64,000 nt of DNA from assembly GCA_973895155.1 (NCBI GenBank), contig OZ316891.1:7247808-7311807 (forward strand). Reading direction: 5' to 3'. How positions within the stretch are numbered: the stretch's first letter is position 1; every line of letters starts with the position of its first letter. The position numbers were made by a program, and so were the translations under genes. The stretch is from Marsupella aquatica (Eukaryota > Plantae > Marchantiophyta). Below the pieces are notes generated by a model, which saw nothing but the letters and a program-made list of their open reading frames with translations, was not told where the DNA came from and ran no database searches. This document shows, in pieces, positions 36,257 through 49,051 of the stretch.

Positions 36257-38577
36257 ATGGATTCGTCAGCAGGAAGAGGACGAGGAGGTTTGCCTTTCGC
36301 GGATGTCTATGGAAAGGTTGCAGTCCTGACTATTGGGACTGAGGAATCTGGGGGAATTAGCTTAGCTGTTGAATTTGTGAACCGTGGTTGCCGAGTCGTG
36401 CTGCTTGGGTGCCCTCTCGCTAGAGTGGAACAAGCATGCACTAAAATCTGGTGAGCTCCCTCATTTTTAAGGTTTCTTGATGACGAAATGATTAGAAGCG
36501 GCCCATCTTTTCTATTCATATTCTTTATGAGAACTCGCGACCCAACTGATGTCCGCCGTGATTTCCTTGAGATCAATCTTGGGGTTGCCTTTTGATGAGT
36601 TCTTATGAGCAATGAGAGCCTGGCTAAATTGTTCAGCCGGTCTTCTGTGATTTGCGAATCTTGTTAAAGGTGACTTGGATGGAAGTTCTATACCCTTTAC
36701 ATGTATTATTAAGCCTAGTTTGAATGAGGACTGGCAGCTGGATTGGCGATATCTATTCATTCAATCGTGATGAAGCCTGGAGTGAGCTTTCGGTCTCACA
36801 ACATCTTCTGAGGCATTTTTGATGGTTATGGGTGCTCAGTAAAATTGCAGCAGACGCAGAGCCTGGAGTGCCCGCGAACAGAATCCATGGTGCTGACTCT
36901 GCGAAAGCGGTGGAGTTAGATGCTACAAAAGGGGATCAAGCAGTAGACGAAGCAGTAGAGGAGGCATGGTCTGCATTTGGAGGCATCGACATTCTATTGA
37001 GCTATACCTTAGATTTAGGTAACACTTACATTTACGATATTTTGTGGTCAATCGCTCTTTGTCTCTTTTGAGTTGTCTGTCAAAGAAGAAGTACGCCTTT
37101 GTTCCATTCTCAGCTTTTGTAGCCGATTGGTGCTTTAAGGCCTTAAGGTCTTCTGATAAGACTTATTGGGAGTTTTCTGAAATTCGATTCCCGGTGCTCC
37201 CCCTGCTCTGTCTATGAACTGTTCTTTCTTGCAACGTGCACAGCGACTGGTTCTATAATTGTCACATCCGTTTTGACTCTTTCGCATCTAATACTCTACA
37301 TATTCTCCAATAACTGTCTTCTGGCAGTTGATTGAGGTTCAAGCTGAAGAATTTGGTCTCATTTTCAAGCAGGGACAATGAAGCCCTTAGAGGAGACGAG
37401 TGAAAGTGACTTTGACAAGATCATGGGTGCGAATCTAAAAGCCACTTGGTTAGTGAGCAAATCTGTGGCAAGGAAAATGCAACAGGGGGGAAGAGCTGGT
37501 TCACTGTTGTTCCTCACCTCAATTTCAGGGACGGAGAGGGGGATTTACCCAGGAGTTAGCATCCACGGAACCTCCATGGCTGCCATAAACCATCTGATAA
37601 AGGTGATCTTCCAAAGTTCTCCTACTTTCAGGGATCGAAAGGTGCCCGAATGAGAGTCAATCATCTAAAATTTCTTGTCGAGCAGTGGAACTTGAAAGCA
37701 CCGTCATAGAGTATGCATTGGTATTGTGTTCAATTTATCACAGAATAAAAAAGCTTCAATATTTTTAAGTCTCTTGGTCGTTTTGTTAGAAATTTCGTGA
37801 TGCTTCACATTTCTCATTCTTTTGCAGGTAACGGCTATGGAGTTGGGAAAGTACGGGATTCGAGTGAACGGAATTGCTTGTGGTTTAGCAGAGAATAACA
37901 TTATTTTGGGGCCTAATGATAAAGATTCACTCCAAAGCTTGGCAGAAAGAGTGGTGCCTCTGCAGCGCTGGCTACAGTTTCCAGATGATGTAGCCGGTCT
38001 AATGTTGTGGTTGGCCAGTGACTCTTCATCTTTCGTAACAGGTCGGTAAATTAAACTCATATCTTTTGTAATTCCTCAATGAGCTAGGTCATCTCTTTCA
38101 AAAGAATGCACATTATTCTTTCTAGGCTCCATAAGTACATAGTAGAAATCTTCAGAGACTGTAGAAAACTTGCTTCCCTCGGATGCAAAATTGGTTATGC
38201 AAACATTTTCGAAGTCGCCCTTCCCTTTAAAAAAATGGAATCTCATCCTCTGCATATTTACTGAATGGACGACCAACCCACTCATTATGTTTGAAACCTC
38301 GAAGCTGCCAGTACAGTTATGGATTCGCCCTCCGTCGGTAGGTAAAGGAGATTGGAAAGAGACATAAGTTGAATGCTAGTGCCAATGTAACATGTGTTAT
38401 TGTGATATTAATGTTGCAATGCATAGAGTACTCCTGGTATGATTTGGATTAAAATGTCTTAATTGTATATGTTTGATTTTGCATATTTCTTGTCAAATCG
38501 CAGGTACTATCACAATTGTAGATGGGGGCCTCTCGTTGAGGAGGCCTCGCCTGGGGGAATACAGAAGCCGTCTATAG
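36257..38577 (+). CDS. Atypical short-chain dehydrogenase/reductase (FabG-like Rossmann fold), 5 exons, C-terminal SRL (PTS1)
   Basis: Exons 36257-36450, 36840-37018, 37373-37602, 37828-38041, 38504-38577. Motifs GKVAVLT, AFGGIDIL, ELGKYGIRVNGI, SSFVTGTITIVDGG. Ends YRSRL*. Confidence 0.88.
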
Positions 38578-39414
38578 GGTGTTTAGGCAACTGTAGGACT
38601 GTCCCAGTGAAAAGTAGGCATTGCAGCATACCTCATGTTAAGGGAGGGCTAGGCAGACTGGAAAAAACAGGCCAGGAAAGCCAAACTTGGTTAGCAGCTT
38701 TTCATATTGAAGAGATAGTTTGGTGGAAAGCTCTCTCTACTGACCCCCTGCAATCACGGAGCAAGAGTCTTTCGCATGTGCAACTCTAGCAATCTACTCC
38801 CGTCGATGAGCCTATTAAACGTACCCTCTGCTCTGAATTGCTGTATATGTGAAATTGGTGTGGATTCCTTCCAAAACAGGTTGACAAGGAAAACCTTCAC
38901 AAAGTTGACAGCATGGTTGGTACCTTGCTCTCGTGTAGGAATTCATCATCGTCGCCCTGAGTAGCGATAGGGAAACTTTTCCACGAGAAGGTTCATTTGA
39001 AAATGTTGAAGGTTCATTGTTGAACAGCAGACGGCAGATGGTGTAGAATTTCAACTTCAACCATGAATAAAATAGAAGTGCCAATGTTCCAATCGGAAAA
39101 TTTGTAAACCTGGATTATCAATGTTTAAGGAGTTTCAGTTTTGTTTTCACTAAATCCCTAGAATTGGTTTTTGTTTAGAAAACAGGAAAGCAACAACACC
39201 TTTGCGAGTTGAATGTAGATTGTCATGTCCTACAAATAGTTTGGAGGCAGATTCCATTGGCTCCATGCAGGTGACTGCCTCATAACCCCAAGAATCTCAA
39301 GATTCCTGGTGATAGTCCTTGTAGTCCAGTTGTTGGTGTTGTACATAGTAACATCTGGTAACAGAGCAATATGAGCCAGTAAGTTCTAAAAAACGACTTC
39401 TGAACTTCAGAAAG

Positions 39415-39650
39415 AGCTTTGAGGGGCTATTATTGCCCACAATGCCCTTGCAACATGGCACTAATACAATGAAAGGCCTAAGAGAAATTTTTACTAGTTT
39501 TTAGTAAAGGTAGAGGAGCAGTTTCAGAATTCTATTTTTACTAGTTTTTAGTAAAGGTAGAGGAGAAGTTTCATAATACTCGGATCCAAGTCTGCACTGT
39601 GAATTTTTCTCCTAAAAAGCACCAAGAATTACAAAGAGAAAAACATGCAG
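39415..39650 (+). repeat. Dispersed repeat copy related to 33040-33355, with an internal ~45-bp duplication
   Basis: TTTTTACTAGTTTTTAGTAAAGGTAGAGGAG occurs twice. Confidence 0.6.
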
Positions 39651-40637
39651 GGCTCAGCTACCCAAGCTCCCCCTCCCCCCCCCCCCAACACCCCAACACC
39701 CCCTTAAAAGTATTTGTAGGAACCTCTGACTACGAGGGTCATTTATGACCAGTTACTCCCAAAACTCACTCCTTGCATGTTCTATTGAGAGACTTACTTA
39801 AATATAGTCCCAAGTTGTTAGGTGATATTTGCAGTGAATAAGAATCCTAATTTGGTTTAGGAGTAGTGGAAGACCTTCTTGAAGATAATCCAGTTTTGGG
39901 TAATAATAGTTAAGGTTCTCCCAAACAATCCCAATTTTGTTGGGTAGAATTACTAAAAGACCCTGTCCAAAATATCCCCAATTCTTGAGGTGGTAATTAG
40001 TGAATGACCCTATCCGACAGAATCCCATGCATTTATCAAGTAGTGAGAGTACTGCCATGTGCCACTACAAGGAAGATAGACCCACTCCAAACAAATAAAA
40101 TTTACAGTAAGGCATATCCACCACTATTGCACATAATGGTGGAGATGCTCTACATAGTGGAAGCTCCTCCCTAGCATTCTTTTCCATCCCAATATTCTTG
40201 AAACCAGGACTGTGATCATTGGGCGCTTTGGTCACAAGAAGACAAACTCATTTTCCTTGCTCCCTCCTCTTCAGCTAACATCCAAAGTTCTTATTGCCTT
40301 ACTCTTGCTGGGTGTTGTTCTATCCTGCCCAATGTTTTTCTTGTATATTTTCAAATCTGGTTGTGACAACTTTAACCCGAGATAAACATTATATTGAACC
40401 AGGTCCCAATCCATTACAGTGAGCTTTCAGTTCTTTCAGCTAATTCATACAAACTCAGACCACAATGGTGCCATCTGGATTCACACAATATATAAATAGT
40501 TATTATTACAATTTTGAGTCTGACAACAAAATATAGAAGTCCTTGTGATACCCAGCCAGAATTTTTCATGTAAGTTTAAAGAATATTGAAAGCATCTTGG
40601 TGTAAACATTGACATTTCAGTGCAGATATAGAAAAAT

Positions 40638-43600
40638 TGTTGAGCATAGACGACATTCGCAACAGCAAGCCCATGAACCATCCAACGCACAATAGACGAC
40701 ACAGAGAGATACGTGGTTCACCTCCACATGAGACTACGTCCATGGGAACACACAAGAGCTTTACTGCACTCTAGGCCGACTGGCCATACCAAGCATCCAT
40801 AGCACAAGCTCTCCCTATCTCTCAACTAGCTCCGTAACAATGAGCCTAAGTTCCACCAGGGTCTGGCATCAGCCCTGGCTATATGCACAACAGCACTACC
40901 GCTAACCTTAGCTAGGTCCTAACCCGAGTTAGCCTAACTGTGGTTAGCACAAGAGTCACAAGACTAGAGCAATATCTAACAAACTCCCCCTTGACTCTTG
41001 TCTTGGGGACTGGACTAAATGCTACCATATGGAATCCTCAGCGGGAAGTTCTAGACAATCACCAAACCAGGTCTCCCCCTAAAAACCACAAGGGTTAACT
41101 AAGGGTTAACTAGAACTAAGCCGTAGCCTAACAGGAATGAGTAATCCATATACAAATAGTCACACATTGCTAAATAACTCTACTTGCACTACAATTGCAA
41201 AACCTGCAAAGTAGCACGGTGTCTTGAGAAACTCTCCAAAGGAATCACTTTGGTAAAGGCATCAGCGGGATTGAGCTTTCCATCAATCTTGACTAGCTCA
41301 AAAGTTTTATCAGACACTGCTTGCCTGATAAAATGGTATCTGATATCAATGTGCTTCACCCTGCTATCCATCACCTGGTTAGCAGCCAAGTGAAGAGCAC
41401 TCTGACTATCACAGTTTAGAGTCATTTTTCCATGCTCTAAACCCATCTCCGCGATCAACTTATCCAACCAAATTGCTTTCTTTGCTGCTTCTGCTGCTGC
41501 AACATACTCTGCTTCTGTAGTAGACTGAGATATACACTTCTGCAAGGTAGATTTCCAACTGATACATCCTCCTCCAAGAGTGTATACAAACCCAGTTGTA
41601 GACCTCCTTGTATCCAAACAGCCTCCATAGTCAGAATCTACATAGCCAACTAACGTTCTATCTGATCTGTTATCAAATAGTAATCCATAGTCCTCTGTTC
41701 CCTTCAGATACCTGAGAGTCCACTTCACAGCTTCCCAATGTACCTTCCCTGGATTTGACATGAATCTGCTAACCTTGCCCATCGTTAGGGCCAAGTCAAG
41801 CCTAGTACAAGTCATCAAATACATCAGACTGCCTACTGCCTTCTCATAAGGAATCTTAGCCATCAGACCTTTTTCCACAGCATCCGTAGGAGAGAAAGCC
41901 GATGATAACTTGAAATGTGAAGCTAAAGGAATACTCACTGGCTTACAGTTTTCCATGTTGAATCGTGCAAGTACTTTCCTCGCATACTGGCCTTGACTCA
42001 ACCACAACTGTCCAGTCTCAGAGTTCCTAAAAATCTCCATCCCTAAGATTCTCTTGGCCTTACCAAGATAATTCATCCTGAATTCAACACTCAATTTCGC
42101 CTTGAGACTGTCAACCTCAGATTGATCTTTAGCCACAATCAGCATGTCATTCACATAGATCACCAGAATGATGAAACCAAATACATCATTCTTGACTGAT
42201 TTCGTATACACACAAGGATCATACACCATCCTTGTAAAACCTTGAGCAAGCATGAAATCATCAAACCGCTTGTTCCACTGTCTGGGAGACTGCTTCAATC
42301 CATACAAGGACTTGAGCAATCTGCAAACTAAGTTCTCTTGGCCCTTCTTCATAAAGCCTAGTGGTTGTCTCATGAAGATCATCTCTTCCAAGTTGCCATA
42401 GAGAAAAGCAGTAACAACATCCATCTGATCCATCACCAGACCAAAAAACACAATAAGCTGACACAAGATCCGAATTGTGGAATACTTAGCCACCGGTGAA
42501 AAGACCTCATTGTAATCCACTCCTTTCTCCTGAGTGAATCCCTTGGCAACAAGCCTTGCCTTGTAGATCTTGTCTCCATCCTCTGAAGGACTATCCTTAA
42601 ACTTGTAAATCCACTTGCTGTCCACCACTTGTTGACCTCTTGGAAGCTCCACCAGCTCCCATGTCTTGTTGTCACTCAAAGATTGCAACTCCCTCTGCAT
42701 TGCTGCATTCCACTCATGCTTCTGCTCTGAAGCACAAGCCTCACTATACGAAGAAGGCTCTCCTTCTTCCAAGATCAAAGCCATATCATCTTTATCAAGT
42801 GCAATGTCAATATCATCTAGCTTAGATGAGTCTGCCCATTGACCATACCTGGTAGGAGCTCTAGTAGAACGACTAGAAGTTCTTCTAGTAGATGACTCAG
42901 GCTGATCTGTTGTTGCTGCTGGTTGAATTTGAGGTATCCTAGCAACAATCTGCTCCTCTTGTTCCATCATAGGAACCAGCTCCAAGCCCGGAGCTTCTCC
43001 ATCTCTCCTGTCATGAACTGCATCATGACTAATCTCCCCCTCAACCCGGTCCAGGATGGGAGATTTCCCCTTGTCAGTATGGGAGTCCTGAGAACTCTCC
43101 CCCTCCTTTGATGATCTGGATTCATTAAAGGACACATCTCTACTGACAATTAGTTTACAGGTTACTGAATCCCATAACCTATAACCCTTAACACCTTTCT
43201 GATAGCCAAGGAAAATGCACTTCTTCGACTTGGACTCTAGCTTAGATCGAAGCTGGGAAGGTGTAAGCACATAAGCATCACATCCAAAAATCCTTAGATG
43301 TGAGTAATCTATTGGACGCCCGTACCTCATTTCAAATGGCGTCTTGAATCCAATAGAACTGGATGGAAAAAAATTTACCAAATAAGCTGCAGTGTTGACA
43401 GCTTTAGCCCAAAACTCATGTGGTAAGCATGATTGACTCAACATACTCCTCGAGCGGTCCAATAGTGTTCGGTTGAGTCTCTCAGAAACACCATTCTGCT
43501 GAGTAGTATAGTTTGTTGTGAGATGGCGAGTAATCCCCTGCTCCTTACAATACATTCCAAATTCACCGGAACTGTATTCATCGCCGTTATCCGATCGAAG

Positions 43601-46600
43601 ATATCTCACCTTATTACCAGTCTGATTTTCAACTTGGGCTTTCCACTCCTTAAAAGTGGCAAAAACATCAGATTTATTGTGTAGAAAGTATATCCACACA
43701 TACCTTGAGTAATCGTCAATGAACGTGACATAGTATAACCGTCCAAAATGTGAGGGAGTAGGGGCAGGACCCCACACATCACTATGTACATACTCAAGTA
43801 CCTCCTTGCTGGTGTGAGTTCCAACTCCGAAGGGTTTCCTGTGCTGCTTCCCTAGCACACAGTGCTCACAAAATTCCAACTTACAAGATTGCAAATTAGA
43901 AAGTAATCATTTCTTTTGAAGAATAACCAAACCTTTTTCACTCATGTGGCCCAAATGGAAGTGCCACAACCGGGCCGTCTCCTCATGAGATAAGGTTACA
44001 TTGGCTTCATCACAAACTACACTGCCCTCCATAACGTATAGATTGCAATGTCTGTTTCTCTTCAATACAACTTTAGTACCAGTTGAAACCTGAAGGACAC
44101 CATTAGCAGAACTCCACTGATGGCCATTTGCCTCTAAAACTCCAAGTGAAATGAGATTTTTCATCATGCTGGGAATATGTCTCACATTCCTCAATGTTCT
44201 CACAGCACCATCAAACATCTGAAATCGTACAGATCCAAGTCCAACAACTTGACATGGGATTCCATTTCCCATCAACACTGACCCGTTGGAAACCGTGTAA
44301 GAACTGAAATAATCTCTTCTAGAGCAAATGTGAAAAGTACATGCACTATCTAGAATCCAGTCATCACTACCTGGATTTGATACTACGTTGAGAGCATAAC
44401 CTTGACATCACAATATGTCATCATCATCGAGTAAATCTACCTCATGCGAGCTCGATGCTGCGTTAGCAGAGGCAGTAGGGACCTTTACTTGACAATTCCT
44501 TTTCATGTGGCCTGGCTTGCCACAATTCCAACATGCAAGAGGTTCTCTCTTGCGATTTTTCTCTGGATTTAGATCTCCCCCGTGATGTTGATCTAAACCT
44601 GTTCTGCCCATTCGTGCGCTGCGTTGCTCTGCCCCTGTTCACATTGAGCGCAGTGCCAGAAGAAGATGCTGTCTGTGATTGACCCAGCTTCTTCTGAGCA
44701 TCATCAGACAGTAAAGAGCTTACCACCTCATTATACGAAATGAACTTCAGATCTCTGTACAAGAGCACCTGTTTCAAGCCCTGATATGACGGCGGTAAGG
44801 AGCTTAACAGAAGCAAGGCCTTATCCTCATCTTCAACTCCTTTTCCCAGGTTTGACAGATCAACCGCTAGACTGTCAAACTCATCCAGGTGATCCTGCAT
44901 CTTGCTCCATTCCTTGAGCCTGAGGCTCATCAAGAGAGACTTCTTGTACAACCGGTCTGACGCATCTTCCCGGTAGTACTTCTCTCTTAGAGCCTTGAAC
45001 AGTGACGCGCAATCCGCATAATCATCCAACTGCTTGATGATGTGCGGCTTGAGATATAGCATCATTGCATTGACAACAATCACCTGCTCCTGTCTCCATT
45101 GCCTCACTGAAATCTCCTCCTCTCCATCATACTGCTCTCGCGATGAAAGCAGATGAGCTAAGCCCATGGCCCGTAGAACACCTTTCACTTGCTTCTCCCA
45201 GAGCAAGTAATCAGTACGACCATCGTACTTCTCCACCTCAAACTTCACTCCTCCAAATCTAGCCATCTCCCTCTTCTTCCCTACTACCGACAGCTCTGGT
45301 AGTAACACAGCTTCCTCCACTGCACGTCGCACTGGTGATCGTACCGGTGTTATAAGTTCCTCCTCAAATGGTAGCAGCTCCTCCTCAGACTCTCCGTCTG
45401 ACCGTCGTGATCCTGAAGCTCCACCGACGCCAATTCTTCTAGTATCCTCTAGTCACTCATATGAAACAATCACGAAAAAACGTCTTTTTTTGAAACTTCT
45501 CATAAAACTCAAAACTCAACACTGCCGCGTAGCCCACGAAGCTAGGAGTCCAATACTTAAATCCGAAATCAAAATCGAAATTCGACGAAAAAGTTATTCA
45601 AATTACGGTCGGGGTGGGTAAAACCTTGGGAAACTCCCCCGTTTTGACCACCTCGGAGAATAACCAAAATACCAAGTACAACCTGTCGTCGGAATCGCGA
45701 TGTGATGGGTGCTCCGTGTTGCTAACTCCAATGGCCACATCCTCATCAAAAAAGAACCAAAAAAGTTACCGTGCGGCGGACAGAATCTTTGTGTGACGGC
45801 CGAAAACCAGCTCTCTATTTTTTGGGAATATTCCCGCACAGTCCAACAGGGCTCACAGGGGGCCGTTCCCCTTGTCGGAGCGGTTAAAACGGAGGGTCAC
45901 AGGGCCCGGGATGAGGCACAACCAATGAGGAGGAGGAGAGAAAAAAAATTCAGAAAAACACACTCTAAAGGGGTCTTAAAGCCCCTGGCAAAGGCGCGCG
46001 TATTCGCGGCCAGAATCGCGTATAAACAGCAAAAAATGTGAAAAAACGAGTTTAAAGGGGTCAAAACGCGCGTATTTTTGCGTTTTTGGGCCGTATATGG
46101 GCATTTTTGGCCGTATTTGGGCCCCAAAAAGCACGTTTTTGCGCTTAAAGGGGTGTGGGAGGCCGGTGTGCGCGCCGGGGCGTATGGCGAACCTGGTTTG
46201 TCGGGTATTGGGGCCGTATTGGGGCAAAAAATGCCCTAAACTAACCTTTAAAATGTGCCCAAAATGACACAAAGGCCGTGTTACAAACCTCAGCCGCCTC
46301 CGCTTTGGTTTCCAATGAGAAAAGTGATGATCACCGACATGAAAATGTTTCCGAATTGCACCGGCACGTCTGAAGCTCCACCAGAGAAAGAACTTCAGTT
46401 GCGTCGCCTTCACTCCGCGTCAAGTGCCAATCCCGGACTCAAAACGACCGTCTCGCCACAATCTCTCCATTGAGCCTCAGCACTTTGCGTTTCTTCCTCC
46501 GAGTCAAGCGTCACGACGAGTAATCCGGTTCAGGGAAAAACAAGCACCATAGCTTGTCAAAAAACCAGAACGCCTCCTTCACTCGTCACGACGCACTCGT

Positions 46601-47307
46601 TTCGCAAACATCAGCAAACTAGATACCAAAACGACCAGCGCACCGCACTATCACATGCGACGCCCCGCGCACCGCACACCGCACAGCTCACACCGTTGAA
46701 GAAACGATCTCTGGTTTCTCCCCCGAAATACCGTCGAACACGAATAAACCCTGAACGACGCAAACTTCAATTCCTCCGCACCACGGATACCGATCAGCGA
46801 GCTCTAACCACCGTTAGAATGCCCTCTCACTAACCTATCCGCTCAGCCACACACAATCAAGTTTCATGCGATGAAACTCTGAATGTACCATCGACAATGA
46901 ACGCTGGAAAAACCTGTCACGAAAAAACCTCGTCACCTCCCAGGCATGCTCTGATACCACTTGTTGAGCATAGACGACATTCGCAACGGCAAGCCCATGA
47001 ACCATCCAACGCACAATAGTCGACACAGAGAGATACGTGGTTCACCTCCACATGAGGCTACGTCCACGGGAACACACACAAGAGCTTTACTGCACTCTAG
47101 GCCGATCGGCCATACCAAGCATCCACAACACAAGCTCTCCCTATCTCTCAACTAGCTCCGTAACAATGAGCCTAAGTTCCACCAGGGTCTGGCATCAGCC
47201 CTGGCTATATGCACAACAGCACTACCGCTAACCTTAGCTAGGTCCTAACCTGAGTTAGCCTAACTGTGGTTAGCACAAGAGTCACAAGACTAGAGCAATA
47301 TCTAACA
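40638..47307 (-). mobile_element. Full-length Ty1/Copia LTR retrotransposon (Tnt1/Tork-like), mutated
   Basis: 5' LTR 46962-47307 and 3' LTR 40638-40981 (9 substitutions and one 2-bp indel by eye). PBS TGGTATCAGAGC (tRNA-iMet) at 46959-46948. PPT AGGGGGAG at ~40991-40984. Flanks AAAAT/AAAAC (4/5 match). Confidence 0.97.
41189..45332 (-). pseudogene. Copia gag-pol (gag, zinc knuckle, protease, integrase, RT, RNase H) with a frameshift near 44.5-44.6 kb and stops at 44408 and 43907
   Basis: FEVEKYDG, CWNCGKPGHMKRNC, WILDSACTFH, LWHFHLGH, HSDVWGP, RSDNGDEY, YKARLVAKGF, SLYGLKQSPR, YVNDML (D->N in the RT motif), KHIDIRYHF. Confidence 0.95.
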
Positions 47308-48139
47308 AAAACAAGATAAGAATATTTATGCCCTAATGAAATGAAAAATTAGTTAATGTGTCCTGCAGGTCTGAGACAGCAACACACTCTATGACGGGGC
47401 TATAGTAGGGCCATTCGAACAGAGCTCTAATAAGCATTGCATTACATTACTTCTCTGAGTCCTTGTGTAATTCTTGTGGTAACTCAATATCTGACCCAGA
47501 GTAGAGTTACCAACCACTGCTAATTGATGGGGTTGTGACACTTGGATCTAACCTAACCAATAAAGCCCAATAGTTACTCCCGGGGCCTACTCTTTAGAGT
47601 GAAGTGTCTAGACTGTGACTCTAAGTGAGAGTGCAGACCAAAAACACAGATGGTGCAAAGATGAACAGGAAATAACATGGAACCCCTTTATCCAAGGTTT
47701 TTTTTTCTCCTCATCTCTATTTAAATACAAGGAACTGGGTACATATGAGGCTAGTTGTTTGTAGTTGTAAACTGATACCAACAACTGATAATTGATGGGT
47801 CGTGAGACTTGACCCAATCTTACTTATAAAGTGCAAACATAAGCTAAACTTGGGGTCTAGATTTCTAGAGTGCCGTTGTAGAGAGTAACTCCAGATAAAG
47901 ACAAAACAAATACAAACAAAAGTGATTGTATACAAAAATACATGGATGGAGACAAAGATGAAAGGGATCAACATAGATTCATTTGCAAGACTTTTTTTTG
48001 TTGGTTAATCTAGATCTATTGATATTCAAAGAATCTGCATTTCAGGCTCATTGCTTCTGATTGTAAAGCCCCTTCATGATGACAGGGACCCAAAATGCCC
48101 AAAATCTTATTTAAAAAGCACCTACTATAAATTAGAGTT

Positions 48140-48390
48140 GGGGTCTAGGCTTCTAGAGTGAAACCTCTAGACCTTAACTCCATGGATGTATGTGAAATGA
48201 TAATCATGCATAATTTTTGTTATGATTTCTATTTGCATCAAAAAAATGAGTTCTTTGTTTTAAAAGAGTATGGTACATGTTAAATATGATTATGAAAGTA
48301 ATAACATGCATGATGACTTTTTTATCGTTTCATTACCTTTCAATAAATGTGAATAAGAAGAAATATATATTTTGGGGACATTTTTTATTA
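48140..48390 (+). repeat. Dispersed repeat family copy (inverted relative to 25590-25910)
   Basis: TCTAGAGTGAAACCTCTAGACCTTAACTCCATG core. Weaker variants near 14560, 47592 and 47855. Confidence 0.6.
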
Positions 48391-49051
48391 TTATTGTATT
48401 TTGATGCCATTTGTAGTCGCTCTAGTGAGGAACTCATTTAGTACCTATGAACATAGTCTCACCTTGGGCCCAAAACTCACACGCTCGTATTTTTCTGTTG
48501 AAACAGAAGCAAATCCACTGAAGAAAAGATTTCGAGACACGCAATTTGTTACTCCCTGGCGTTCATTACGCAGACACGCATCCTTTCGTGCTTTCAGGTT
48601 GCAAGCCCAGCCCTTGCCATTGCCATAGCTCTTGCTCATGCAGGACTCGACGTCACGATGAAGTTCTTCACAGAGAAGGTGAGAGCCCTTCGTTTGTCAT
48701 GGATTCGAGTTGTGTGCTGCAAGTTCTGCAGAATTGCTTGGCTCTGAATTTGCGCGAGGATTGATGGTGTAGTTGAAGGGAATCGCCTTCGTTTGAGGGA
48801 AAGGTCTCATGAGAAGTTTGCTTCTCCAGAGGTAACGAATCCGAGAACTGTATCGTTGTTTCACTGTACTCAATGAGGCGAGGCGTTCTGCTATCCATTT
48901 GTGCTCGTTTTTATCGATCATCATTGCGTCCGCAGGTGCAGAGATTCTGAGGCTGCGAAGTTGCTCGAGAGATTGGTGAATGGGGAGGAGTCGTGGAGAG
49001 CGGTGGTGCACTGTCAAGGAGGTGTGGCGTTTGGGGAAATAAGTTGTTGGA

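Noticed and set aside
45603-46473. Several ORFs in the Copia leader as extra (env-like or antisense) genes
   Set aside because: Short, overlapping on both strands, no recognisable motifs; expected by chance in GC-rich sequence
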